Below, one piece after another: positions 36,210 through 44,767 of a stretch of 64,000 bases of DNA. How positions within the stretch are numbered: position 1 is the stretch's first letter; every line of letters begins with the position of its first letter. The notes under the pieces are model-generated. The model did no database searches, was not told the DNA's origin, and was given only the letters and a program-made list of their open reading frames with translations. Position numbers and translations under genes: made by a program. This stretch comes from an uncultured Phycisphaera sp. (GTDB taxonomy: Bacteria; Planctomycetota; Phycisphaerae; UBA1845), in NCBI GenBank assembly GCA_964501365.1, contig CAZCST010000017.1, positions 25,705-89,704 on the forward strand, read 5' to 3'.

Positions 36210-38009
36210 CTAGTCCTCCGGGTCGAGGATTGCGAGGAAGGCTTCCTGGGGGATGGCGACGTTGCCGACGGTGCGCATGCGCTTCTTGCCTTCCTTCTGT
36301 TTCTCCAGCAGCTTGCGCTTGCGGGTGATGTCGCCGCCGTAGCACTTGGCGGTCACGTCCTTGCGGAAAGCCTTGATGGTCTCGCGGGCGATGACCTTGT
36401 TGCCGATCGCCGCCTGGAGCGGAATCTCGAACTGGTGGCGATCGATCTCTTTCTTGAGCCGCTCGATCAGCCGCCGCCCGCGATAGGCGGCCTTGTCGCG
36501 GTGTACGACGACCGACAAGGCATCGACCGGCGTGCCGTTGACGAGGATGTCCATCTTGACCATGTCGCCGGCTTCAAATCCTCTGAGGTGATAGTCGGCC
36601 GTGCCGTAGCCTTTAGTGCAGCTTTTCAGCTTGTCGTAGAAGTCGTAGATGATTTCGCATAGCGGCAGATCGTAGGTCATCATCACGCGCGTTGCGGATA
36701 GGTACTCCGTGCGGACCTGGCGGCCGCGACGCTCCATAGCCAATTGCATGACCACGCCAACGCAGTCCGAGGGAATGATGAGCTGGGCGGAGACGAACGG
36801 CTCGCGGATTTCCTCGATCGTGCTCATGTCCGGCAATTCACTGGGCGATTCGATCTTCTGGACGGTCCCATCCTTGAGCAGAATTTCGTAGGTCACCGTC
36901 GGGGCGGTCTGGACGACGGCCACGTTGCCTTCGCGCTCCAGCCGCTCCTGAATGATCCGCATGTGCAGCAGACCCAAAAATCCGCAGCGGAAGCCGATGC
37001 CCAGCGCATCAGAGCCCACAGTTGCATAGGTGTACGAGCTGTCGTTGAGCCAGAGCGCCTCCATGGCCTCGCGGAGCTGGTCGGTGGTGGTTCCCATGCC
37101 GGGGTAGAAATCGCAGTAGACCATCTGCTGCGGGGCCTTGTAGCCCGGCAGACGCTTATCGGTCGGGTCGAGCGTGTGGGTGATGGTGTCGCCGATGCTC
37201 ACGTCGGCCAGCGTCTTGATGCCCGACACGAAGTAGCCGACCTCGCCGGCGCTGAGCGATTCGACGGGCGTGGGCTTGGGCATGTACTTGCCGACCTCGG
37301 CCACCAGGAACGAGCGGCCCATGGCCATCAGGTCGATCTTTTCGCCGCGCTTGAACGACCCTTCGAATACGCGCGTGTGGCAGATCACTCCGCGATGCAC
37401 GTCCGGCTTGGCGTCGTAGATCAGCGCTTGCAGCTTCCCGCTTCGATCACCCTTTGGCGCTGGTATGCGCTCGATGATCGCCCGGAAAAGTTCGTCCATG
37501 CCCACGCCGGTTTTTCCGCTGGTGAAGATGGCCTTGGATGCGTCGAGACCCAAAATATGTTCGGCCTCCAGGGCGACGTCCTCCGGCTGTGCCGAGGGAA
37601 GATCGATCTTGTTGACCACGAGGATCATTTCCAGATCGTTTTCCATGGCCATGAAGGCGTTGGCGACGGTCTGGGCCTGCACGCCCTGCGACGCATCGAC
37701 CAGCACGAGCACGCCCTCGCAGGCAGCGAGCGCCCGCGAGACTTCGTAATGGAAGTCCACGTGGCCGGGCGTGTCGATGAGGTTGAGCATGTAGGTTTTG
37801 CCGTCGAGCTTGTAGTTGACGCTGGCACGGTTGGCCTTGATGGTGATGCCCATCTCGCGCTCGAGTTCCATGTCGTCGAGCATCTGCTCGCGCAGGTCGC
37901 GCTTGGCGACGGCCCCGGTGTATTCCAGGATTCGGTCTGCGAGCGTGCTCTTGCCGTGGTCGATATGCGCCACGATGCTGAAATTGCGAATGAGACTTTG
38001 ATCCGACAT
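36210..38009 (-). CDS. lepA: translation elongation factor 4 (LepA)
   Basis: 'IRNFSI.AHIDHGKSTL.DR', 'DTPGHVDF', 'NK.D' and the LepA-specific C-terminal 'CYGGD..RK.KLL.KQK.GKKRM'. Confidence 0.97.
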   Translation of the reverse strand: MSDQSLIRNFSIVAHIDHGKSTLADRILEYTGAVAKRDLREQMLDDMELEREMGITIKANRASVNYKLDGKTYMLNLIDTPGHVDFHYEVSRALAACEGVLVLVDASQGVQAQTVANAFMAMENDLEMILVVNKIDLPSAQPEDVALEAEHILGLDASKAIFTSGKTGVGMDELFRAIIERIPAPKGDRSGKLQALIYDAKPDVHRGVICHTRVFEGSFKRGEKIDLMAMGRSFLVAEVGKYMPKPTPVESLSAGEVGYFVSGIKTLADVSIGDTITHTLDPTDKRLPGYKAPQQMVYCDFYPGMGTTTDQLREAMEALWLNDSSYTYATVGSDALGIGFRCGFLGLLHMRIIQERLEREGNVAVVQTAPTVTYEILLKDGTVQKIESPSELPDMSTIEEIREPFVSAQLIIPSDCVGVVMQLAMERRGRQVRTEYLSATRVMMTYDLPLCEIIYDFYDKLKSCTKGYGTADYHLRGFEAGDMVKMDILVNGTPVDALSVVVHRDKAAYRGRRLIERLKKEIDRHQFEIPLQAAIGNKVIARETIKAFRKDVTAKCYGGDITRKRKLLEKQKEGKKRMRTVGNVAIPQEAFLAILDPED

Positions 38010-38105
38010 AACGAATTCCCTCTCCCTTTGGGAGAGAGCAAGGTGAGGGCTTCACCTCTGAATCCACACCGAAAGCGACGGCCTTTACCGTCTCTACCGT
38101 CCAAT

Positions 38106-38151
38106 TACCAAGCCCCGCATTGTAGATTGTCGGTTTGCGATTGTCGATTTT
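38106..38151. repeat. 46-nt direct repeat, copy 1 (contains a GTCGATT-type heptamer array)
   Basis: taccaagccccgcattgtagattgtcggtttgcgattgtcgatttt matches 38725..38770 at 42/46 positions (hand count). Confidence 0.85.
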
Positions 38152-38190
38152 CGCTTGGAATGCCTGTCGGGAATCCGATAGAATAGGAGC

Positions 38191-38400
38191 ATGAGCGAGA
38201 TCGTGTTCGTAGTGGAACAAGACCCCGATGGGGGTTACACAGCCAAGGCGCTCGGCGAAAGCATCTTCACGCAGGCCGACGATATGCCATCGCTGCGTGA
38301 GATGGTGCGCGATGCCGTTCGGTGCCATTTTCCTGATGCGAACAAGCGCCCCAAGATGATCCGGCTTCACTATGTCTCCGATGACGTGATTGCTGCATGA
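38191..38400 (+). CDS. hicB: HicB-like antitoxin (short UPF0150-type form)
   Basis: 69 aa. 'V.EQD.DGGY.A.ALG..I.TQ.D....L...V.DAV.CHF' matches the short HicB-like family usually paired with a YcfA/HicA-like toxin. ATGA overlap with the downstream frame. Confidence 0.65.
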   Translation: MSEIVFVVEQDPDGGYTAKALGESIFTQADDMPSLREMVRDAVRCHFPDANKRPKMIRLHYVSDDVIAA

Positions 38401-38639
38401 AGCTGCCGCGTGACCTATCCGGCTAGGAGTTCGCCGCCGCCTTGTCGCGACTGGGGTACGAAATCAATCATCAGACAGGCAGTCACATCCGCTTGACTAC
38501 GAAGCGTAATGGGGAACATCATATCACCGTGCCGAATCACCCGGCGATCAAAGTCGGTACTCTGTCCGCGATCTTCCGATCCCTTGCTGACCATCACAAG
38601 TTGGAGCGAGACGAACTGATGATGTTGCTTTTCGTTTAG
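38397..38639 (+). pseudogene. hicA: HicA/YcfA-like toxin gene interrupted by an in-frame TAG at codon 10
   Basis: Reads 'MKLPRDLSG*EFAAALSRLGYEINHQTGSHIRLTTKRNGEHHITVPNHPAIKVGTLSAIFRSLADHH...'. TAG is at 38424..38426. The family signature 'GSH..L........H.ITVP.H..L..GTL..I' is intact downstream. An in-frame TTG at 38442 could give a truncated product. Confidence 0.6.
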
Positions 38640-38664
38640 AACCTATCCCAAAACCGTGCGAGCC

Positions 38665-38680
38665 GCGAACTTCAGTTCGC
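38665..38680. repeat. GCGAAC-N4-GTTCGC hairpin repeat
   Basis: gagccGCGAAC-ttca-GTTCGCtcg lies 26 nt after the hicA-like stop. Confidence 0.6.
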
Positions 38681-38724
38681 TCGACCCACAATGAATCACC
38701 CGTCGCTTGCGCTCCGGGTTCGGA

Positions 38725-38770
38725 TACCAAGCCCCGCATTGTAGATGGCAGGCTTGCGATTGTCGATTTT
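38725..38770. repeat. 46-nt direct repeat, copy 2
   Basis: taccaagccccgcattgtagatggcaggcttgcgattgtcgatttt lies immediately 3' of the peptidase gene stop (minus strand). Confidence 0.85.
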
Positions 38771-40004
38771 ACCGTTTGGGGAGATTGGTGCTTTGACGGA
38801 GCAATGTGGCCCATTGTTTTTCCAGCCGAATGATCTGCTTGCGGAGATTCTCGTCCTGGCCGGTGTAGCGGCGGGAGGAGCGGGCCAGCGCAACAAACCA
38901 TTGGACCACACCGGAAAGGTCATTGAGGTCGACGTACTCCGGACCCAGCTTTTTGCGTTTGGCGTCCACGTTGTGGTAATTGCCCAAGGCCACGCACAGG
39001 CCTGTCGCTTCGTAGCCGAGCGTGCAATAGGCAGACGATTCGCACGTGCCGCCGTCCATGAGCTTACGCTGGAATTTGAAGGATTTTTCCTTCGCGGCGA
39101 GGTCCTTTGCAACCACGTGACAATGTGCGGTCACGGCATGGGTGAAGGTGCTGGCCTTATCGCCCACGCGAAGGATGGGGCCGTCGCCGATTTTGGCGAA
39201 GGGGCGCTCGGAACTGGTCTCCATGGCGACCACGAAGCATTTGCGAGGAATGGTTCCGGCCCGGGCGGCGGCGATGGCTCCGATAAAGCCGACTTCCTCC
39301 GCTCGCGTGAACAGGAAATAGGCATCACAAGGCTTGCCCGCGCGAACCAGCTCGTCGATTGCGCAGAGCATTGCGGCCGCACCGGCGAGGTCGTCGCAGC
39401 CGCGCGCAAAAATTCTTGAACCTCGAATGACAGGATCGGGGAAGTCCCACATTCCAATCGTGCCGGACGGGATCCCTTCGCGCACTTCGATGATGGCGGT
39501 ATCGACTCGTTCGACTCCTTCGCGCTTTTTGGTTTTGATCGATTTGATGCGTCCTTTGACCCAACGAATAGATTTCTTCTTGTTGCCTTGCTGCCTCGTT
39601 GCCTGGTTGCCTTCACACGCAAACCGCACTTGCGCTCCGACAAAATACTCCTTGGGCACCCCTCCGCGCCAGAAGGCGCGAACGTGCGTAGAGTCGATCA
39701 TGCGATCGACGACGAAGCCGGGATGGTCGAGGTGGGCGGTAATGCAAACCGGCCGGGCTACCTTGGCCGAACCGATGCGTACCCGCACCAGCAAGTTTCC
39801 GACCTGATCGCGTGAGGCCGACACCCCTTTGCGGGCGGAACAGAACTGCTCGAGGTATCCAAGAACCATTTGCTCGGCGAATGGGGCAGTTGGGATAGAA
39901 AGTACTTCCCGCAGAATCGACAGCTGCGATGGCGGCCAGCCCGGCGCACTGGCCCGGAGAATTCTCTCGCCTGGCACTTTTGTTTTTCTGGTATGTCTGC
40001 TCAT
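38769..40004 (-). CDS. M42/M28-type metallopeptidase (aminopeptidase/endoglucanase-like fold)
   Basis: 'ITAHLDHPGF', 'RGCDDLAG' and 'F.FTR.EEVG' are metal-ligand motifs in the order seen in M42/FrvX-like peptidases. The exact family is uncertain. Confidence 0.6.
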   Translation of the reverse strand: MSRHTRKTKVPGERILRASAPGWPPSQLSILREVLSIPTAPFAEQMVLGYLEQFCSARKGVSASRDQVGNLLVRVRIGSAKVARPVCITAHLDHPGFVVDRMIDSTHVRAFWRGGVPKEYFVGAQVRFACEGNQATRQQGNKKKSIRWVKGRIKSIKTKKREGVERVDTAIIEVREGIPSGTIGMWDFPDPVIRGSRIFARGCDDLAGAAAMLCAIDELVRAGKPCDAYFLFTRAEEVGFIGAIAAARAGTIPRKCFVVAMETSSERPFAKIGDGPILRVGDKASTFTHAVTAHCHVVAKDLAAKEKSFKFQRKLMDGGTCESSAYCTLGYEATGLCVALGNYHNVDAKRKKLGPEYVDLNDLSGVVQWFVALARSSRRYTGQDENLRKQIIRLEKQWATLLRQSTNLPKR

Positions 40005-40160
40005 TGCTCTGAAACCTCACCAACAGGGTAACACCCTCATCGAGTTCAGCCAAAACCGTCACATGCAGACCAAAATTTCTGGAAATGAGTCTGTTGTTAA
40101 ATCCGTGAAATGTGTTTTAAGGATCGGCCACGCCGTGACTTGTGTTATCAACAAAATAAC

Positions 40161-40176
40161 ATACAATATGTAGTGG
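40161..40176. promoter_or_regulatory. possible NrdR-box-like site upstream of nrdJ
   Basis: ATACAATATGTAGTGG matches 13/16 positions of my recollection of the NrdR box consensus (acaCwAtATaTwGtgt). It lies 9 nt upstream of a TTGACA (40185..40190). No convincing second box was found. Confidence 0.25.
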
Positions 40177-40405
40177 TTTTTTCGTTGACAGCCGATATTT
40201 TAGGGGTAGTCTAACGAAATCGGCATCAACGCATTTGAAATGGGTCCGGTAATGGCGACTGGCTTCACATGCAATGCGGAAATGGCCCAGATTTGGGTGG
40301 TTGGCATCCCCCGGATGCGTAGTCCGCATCCAATTGTCTGCGAATAATTAGAGTGCTTAGGGTTTTATCCGGCGTTTTTGACGCCGGTGGAGGCGTGTCG
40401 TTGTC

Positions 40406-43006
40406 ATGGCGGAATTAATGGTGAAGGATCGCGGCTTGAACATTTCCAACGAAACCAAGCAAACAACCCTCGCATCTGACCTGGGCTTTGCGGAGAACGC
40501 ACTTCGGGTTCTTCAGGCTCGCTACCTGAAGAAGGACGAGGATGGCCGGCGAACGGAGACGCCGGAAGAGCTTTTTCGGCGGGTTGCTAAAGCGGTTGCC
40601 GAGGCCGAGAAGAACTACAGCTCCGATCCCCAGGTTCAGAGCGAGTGGGAGGAGAAATTCTACTCGCTCATGGTGTCGCGGCGGTACATGCCCAACAGCC
40701 CCACGCTGATGAATGCGGGGCGCGAGATGGGCATGCTAAGCGCGTGCTTCGTGCTGCCGGTCCGCGACAGCATCGGCGAGATTTTCGACTCCATCAAGCA
40801 CACGGCCCTGATCCAGAAGGCCGGCGGAGGAACCGGCTTCGCGTTTGACGAGCTTCGCCCCACCGGCGATTTCATCAACAGCAGCGGCGGCACAACGAGC
40901 GGACCGATTTCGTTCTGGCGGGCCTTCAGCGAAGCGACCAACGCGATCCAGCAAGGCGCGTTCCGGCGCGGGGCCAACATGGGCATGATGTACATCCATC
41001 ACCCGGATATTTTGAAGTTCCTGCACGCCAAGGAAGACCTTACGCAGTTCACGAACTACAACATCTCGGTCAAGGTGCCCGATGCGTGGATGGAAGCGTT
41101 TGAGCGCGAGCCGCATGCACCACATGTGGTAAGGAATCCGCGAACCGGACGCACGTATCTCCTGCCCAAGGCGCTGGTGATCTGGGAGTATGACATCAAG
41201 TCGCTGGTGGAAATCAAGGAAGGCCAGCCGCTGCCGCAGGGCGAATTCTACACCTGTGCGGATATCTGGAACATCATCATCAAAAACGCGCACAAGACCG
41301 GCGAGCCGGGCGTTGTATTCATGGACCGCATCAATGAAGTGAACCCGACTCCGCACATTGGCCGGATGGAGGCAACGAATCCGTGCGGCGAGCAGCCGTT
41401 GTTGCCCTATGAGGCCTGCAACCTGGGCAGCATCAATCTCGCGGAATTTGTGATCGAGTCCCCCGTGCAGACGAACTCCAGAGGAGGAGCTTCGCGCTTG
41501 GGCGCCACGGTCGATTGGGACGGTCTGCGGGAGTGCGTACATGAGAGCACTCGATACCTGGACAACATCATTGACGTGAACAAGTACCCGCTGAAGGAAA
41601 TCACCGACATGTGCCACGCCAATCGCAAGATTGGTCTGGGAATCATGGGATTTGCCGATGCGCTCTACAAGCTTGGCGTCGCCTACAACAGCGACGAGGG
41701 CGTGGAGTGGGGCGAGAAGTTCATGCAGTTCGTGGACGAAGAATCTCACAATTACAGCGAAAAACTGGCGAAAGAGCGCGGCTGCTTCCCGAACTGGAAG
41801 GGCAGCACCTACGACACGAAATTCAAGCGGCCCATGCGCAACGCCACGTGTACGACAGTGGCGCCCACCGGCACGATCAGCATTATTGCGGGCTGCTCAG
41901 GCGGCGTGGAGCCCATGTACAGCCTGGCCTTTTTCCGCAACGTGCTTCGCGGACAGGCGGAAGGCAAGATGCCCATGGTCGAGACGAATCCGATTTTTGA
42001 AGAAGTGGCCAAGGCGGCCGGATTTTATAGCGAGGGTTTGATGGAGCGGATTGCCACGGAAGGCACCCTCGCTAATTGCGCGGAAGTTCCCGACGAAGTA
42101 AAGCGCGTGTTCGTTTGTGCGCATGATATTTCGCCGGAGTGGCACATGCAGATGCAGGCCGCCTTCCAGCGACATTGTGACGCCTCGATCTCCAAGACCA
42201 TCAACTTCCCGGAGAGTGCGGTCGTAGAAGACGTGGACAAGATCTATCGCATGGCCTACGGGCTGCGCTGCAAGGGAGTGACGGTCTATCGCAACGGCTG
42301 CCGCAAGCATCAGCCAATGGCGCTCAAGAGCAGCGACAAGATTCACGAAGGGACGAAAGAAGCCGGGCCTGTGGCATACAAGCCTCTCGAACCGGCGACA
42401 TTGCCGGAAATCACGAGCGGCATCCGCGTACGCCAGCTGACGCCCTTCGGCAACATGCACATCAACATCACGGTAGACCCCAAGACCGAGCGCGAGATGG
42501 AAGTGTTCGCTCAACTTGGAAAGGGCGGCGATCTGGCCAACAGCGATCTTGAAGCTATTTGTCGTATGATCAGTCTGTGGCTGCGTTCGGGCGGCGGCGT
42601 TGATCACGTCATCAATCAATTGGTTTCGATTGGCTCAAGTCTCCAAGTTTCAACCAAAGATGGAAAGATCATGAGTCTGGGCGATGGCCTGGCGCGCGGC
42701 CTGCAAAAATATGTGCGAGCCAAGAAAGATTTCGGTCTGCGCGGTCTACTAATGGGCGAGGTGGACATCGATGCCTTGCCGGCGAATCCGACAGTCAAGA
42801 CCAATGGCAATGGCCACGGAAACGGGAATGGCAATGGAAACGGCCACAAGACTCCCCGAACCCAAGCGGCCTTGCCGCCCGGACGGTACGACGGAATGCA
42901 ATGGCAGCAGACGCAGTTCAAGGTTCGTTGCCCAGACTGCCAGGGAGAGCTTCGGTTCACCGAAGGGTGCATGACTTGTGAAGCCTGCGGGTTTTCCAAG
43001 TGTTAA
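40406..43006 (+). CDS. nrdJ: adenosylcobalamin-dependent ribonucleoside-diphosphate/triphosphate reductase (class II) with Gly-Asn-His repeat linker and C-terminal zinc ribbon
   Basis: 'SPTLMNAG', 'SACFVLP', 'GGGTG..F..LRP', 'NPCGEQPL..YE.CNLGSINL' and 'TVAPTGT.S' are RNR class II motifs. The tail has 'NGNGHGNGNGNGNGH' then 'CP.C......C..C..CG'. Confidence 0.95.
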   Translation: MAELMVKDRGLNISNETKQTTLASDLGFAENALRVLQARYLKKDEDGRRTETPEELFRRVAKAVAEAEKNYSSDPQVQSEWEEKFYSLMVSRRYMPNSPTLMNAGREMGMLSACFVLPVRDSIGEIFDSIKHTALIQKAGGGTGFAFDELRPTGDFINSSGGTTSGPISFWRAFSEATNAIQQGAFRRGANMGMMYIHHPDILKFLHAKEDLTQFTNYNISVKVPDAWMEAFEREPHAPHVVRNPRTGRTYLLPKALVIWEYDIKSLVEIKEGQPLPQGEFYTCADIWNIIIKNAHKTGEPGVVFMDRINEVNPTPHIGRMEATNPCGEQPLLPYEACNLGSINLAEFVIESPVQTNSRGGASRLGATVDWDGLRECVHESTRYLDNIIDVNKYPLKEITDMCHANRKIGLGIMGFADALYKLGVAYNSDEGVEWGEKFMQFVDEESHNYSEKLAKERGCFPNWKGSTYDTKFKRPMRNATCTTVAPTGTISIIAGCSGGVEPMYSLAFFRNVLRGQAEGKMPMVETNPIFEEVAKAAGFYSEGLMERIATEGTLANCAEVPDEVKRVFVCAHDISPEWHMQMQAAFQRHCDASISKTINFPESAVVEDVDKIYRMAYGLRCKGVTVYRNGCRKHQPMALKSSDKIHEGTKEAGPVAYKPLEPATLPEITSGIRVRQLTPFGNMHINITVDPKTEREMEVFAQLGKGGDLANSDLEAICRMISLWLRSGGGVDHVINQLVSIGSSLQVSTKDGKIMSLGDGLARGLQKYVRAKKDFGLRGLLMGEVDIDALPANPTVKTNGNGHGNGNGNGNGHKTPRTQAALPPGRYDGMQWQQTQFKVRCPDCQGELRFTEGCMTCEACGFSKC

Positions 43007-43104
43007 GTTGTGAAAAGTCCGGGAAAAAGTTGGCTCAGGGCGTGACTTTTAGCAAAAAATAGCTATAATAATTCCTTGACGTAGCAAAGCCGACCGATAC
43101 ATTG

Positions 43105-43290
43105 TGTCGATAGATTCGGTGAAAAGGTTACATACGCGTGAATAAGTTTCCGAAACCGGAAAGCCCAGTCGTGCGTATGATAGAAGGAATCATAAAGGGG
43201 ACGGCCGGAAGGCCCATATTGAAGTAAAAAGGCTTCTTTCCCCTCCGGAAAGCACCGTTTCGCCTTCGGGTGAGCGGTGCTTTCTTTTTT
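43105..43290 (+). ncRNA. candidate small RNA of unknown class (promoter-like element to intrinsic terminator, no ORF)
   Basis: TTGACG (43076..43081), 16 nt, then TACATT (43098..43103). Several local hairpins follow (TTTCCG-aaac-CGGAAA; TATGAT-N7-ATCATA; GGCC-ggaa-GGCC). The unit ends in a strong terminator at 43249..43290. It sits in an AT-rich island. The 5' end is a guess. Confidence 0.3.
43249..43290 (+). terminator. rho-independent terminator
   Basis: AAAGCACCG ... CGGTGCTTT outer stem enclosing a CGCC-ttcg-GGTG inner stem, followed by a TTTCTTTTTT tract. Confidence 0.75.
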
Positions 43291-43558
43291 GAACCAACCA
43301 TTTTGTTTGAATCGCGCCCGCGTGCCCACCGGACGTCGGAATTCCGAAACTGGGCCACCTTCCCCTACCCGAAATTCCGACCCCGCAAACGACTCACAAG
43401 GGCTGATGGTCTTGCGGACCGATGGCCGGGCGATATACTTGCTTGGCTCAGGCAAGGCTAAAACCATCGGTTGAGGCTTGAAACCCAGGCTGGATGCCAC
43501 CTTTCAGGTAGATTCAGCTTTTTTATCGGGATGGGAACCCCAAGAAACCGCGAGCTCG

Positions 43559-43576
43559 CGCGAACGGTAGTTCGCG
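43559..43576. repeat. GCGAAC-N4-GTTCGC hairpin repeat
   Basis: cgcgaac-ggta-gttcgcg lies 22 nt upstream of the rpsP start. Confidence 0.6.
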
Positions 43577-43597
43577 GCTCGATTACCGGAGTGATTC

Positions 43598-43903
43598 ATG
43601 GCCGTACGCATTAAGCTCAAGAGATTCGGCAGGCGACATCAGCCTCACTATCGTTTGACCGCAGTCGATCATCGAAAGGACCGCAACAGCGACGTGATCG
43701 AAGAGCTTGGGGTCTACGACCCAATCAATCGCAAGGAAGATCAGCAGGTCATACTCAAGCGCGAGCGGATCGAATACTGGCTGGGCGTCGGAGCCCAGCC
43801 GACCAACACGGTCCGACGCATTTTGGAAAAGAATGGTCTGGCTCGACCGAAGGCAGAAAAGAAGTCGGCCGCTCCCAAGGCTGCGGCTTCGCGAGGACGA
43901 TAG
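43598..43903 (+). CDS. rpsP: 30S ribosomal protein S16
   Basis: 'MAVRIKLKR.G....P.YR......R..RDG..IE.LG.Y.P'. Confidence 0.95.
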   Translation: MAVRIKLKRFGRRHQPHYRLTAVDHRKDRNSDVIEELGVYDPINRKEDQQVILKRERIEYWLGVGAQPTNTVRRILEKNGLARPKAEKKSAAPKAAASRGR

Positions 43904-43934
43904 GCCAGGCCCGCGTTGACCCGCGGGACAAGAT

Positions 43935-44618
43935 ATGCGGATCGACGTTCTGACACTTTTTCCGGAAGTGTTTGAACCGTTCCTGCGAACGAGCATAGTG
44001 GGCCGGGCCGTTGAGCAAGGGCTCGTCTCGGTTCGCTGCACAAACATACGCGACTTCGCATCGGGCCGGCATAAGTCGGTCGATGATCGACCCTTCGGCG
44101 GGGGACCGGGAATGGTGTTGATGTGCCAGCCGGTCTTCGACGCGGTGGAGTCCATTGAGGCGGGTGAAACAGCCGGACCGCTTCGCGTGATGTTAAGTCC
44201 GCAAGGCGAGCAACTCACGCAATCGACGGTGTGCGAGCTTGCTGGTGCGGCGTGGATCGTACTGATTTGCGGGCACTACGAAGGATTCGACGAGCGAATC
44301 CGGGTTGGGCTGGCGGCCCGTGAAATTTCGATCGGCGACTATGTGCTGTCCGGCGGGGAGCCGGCCGCGATGGTGCTGATGGATGCGATCGTACGGCTTT
44401 TGCCCGGTGCGCTGGGTGACGAAGCATCTCCGGTGGATGAGTCGTTTTCAGCAGGATTGCTGGAATATCCTCAGTATACGCGACCGCGTGAATTTCGCGG
44501 GATGAGCGTGCCGGAGATTCTGATTTCGGGTGATCACGCAAAGATTGCGGCGTGGCGCCGGGAACAGTCGCAGGAACGGACGCGAGATCGCCGGCCTGAT
44601 TTGCTTGGGCCGAGTTGA
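43935..44618 (+). CDS. trmD: tRNA (guanine37-N1)-methyltransferase
   Basis: 'M.IDV.TLFPE.F', 'D..PFGGG.GM', 'GHYEG.DER' and '[17 protein letters not shown]'. Confidence 0.95.
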   Translation: MRIDVLTLFPEVFEPFLRTSIVGRAVEQGLVSVRCTNIRDFASGRHKSVDDRPFGGGPGMVLMCQPVFDAVESIEAGETAGPLRVMLSPQGEQLTQSTVCELAGAAWIVLICGHYEGFDERIRVGLAAREISIGDYVLSGGEPAAMVLMDAIVRLLPGALGDEASPVDESFSAGLLEYPQYTRPREFRGMSVPEILISGDHAKIAAWRREQSQERTRDRRPDLLGPS

Positions 44619-44767
44619 ACGCAAAGTGCCACAGCTCTGTGATCTGTGGAAAGGACACAAAAGCCGCTGCTGAAACAGCAGTGGTGCAACAACAAAGAAG
44701 CCCGCCCCCGCGTGGCAGGCGGAAATGAAAGCCCGGAAGTATTTGGCGGGCGCAAGGAGTACCGATC

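Noticed and set aside
36744-38186. 480-aa plus-strand ORF
   Set aside because: It is antisense to lepA, one of the most conserved genes in the window.
40150-40405. Cobalamin riboswitch upstream of the B12-dependent RNR
   Set aside because: I could not find the B12-box (GCCACTG-type) or the conserved GGGAA/GGTG core. B12 riboswitches usually control B12-independent isozymes rather than nrdJ.
43190-43225. SRP RNA helix-8-like GGCC-GGAA-GGCC tetraloop hairpin
   Set aside because: The flanking symmetric-loop nucleotides (AGCA / CAGG context) that define SRP RNA are missing.
43063-43500. 145-aa and 76-aa minus-strand ORFs in the nrdJ-rpsP gap
   Set aside because: Their composition is unlike the real genes here. 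There is no RBS and no motif. They overlap the plus-strand promoter/terminator unit that better explains the region.
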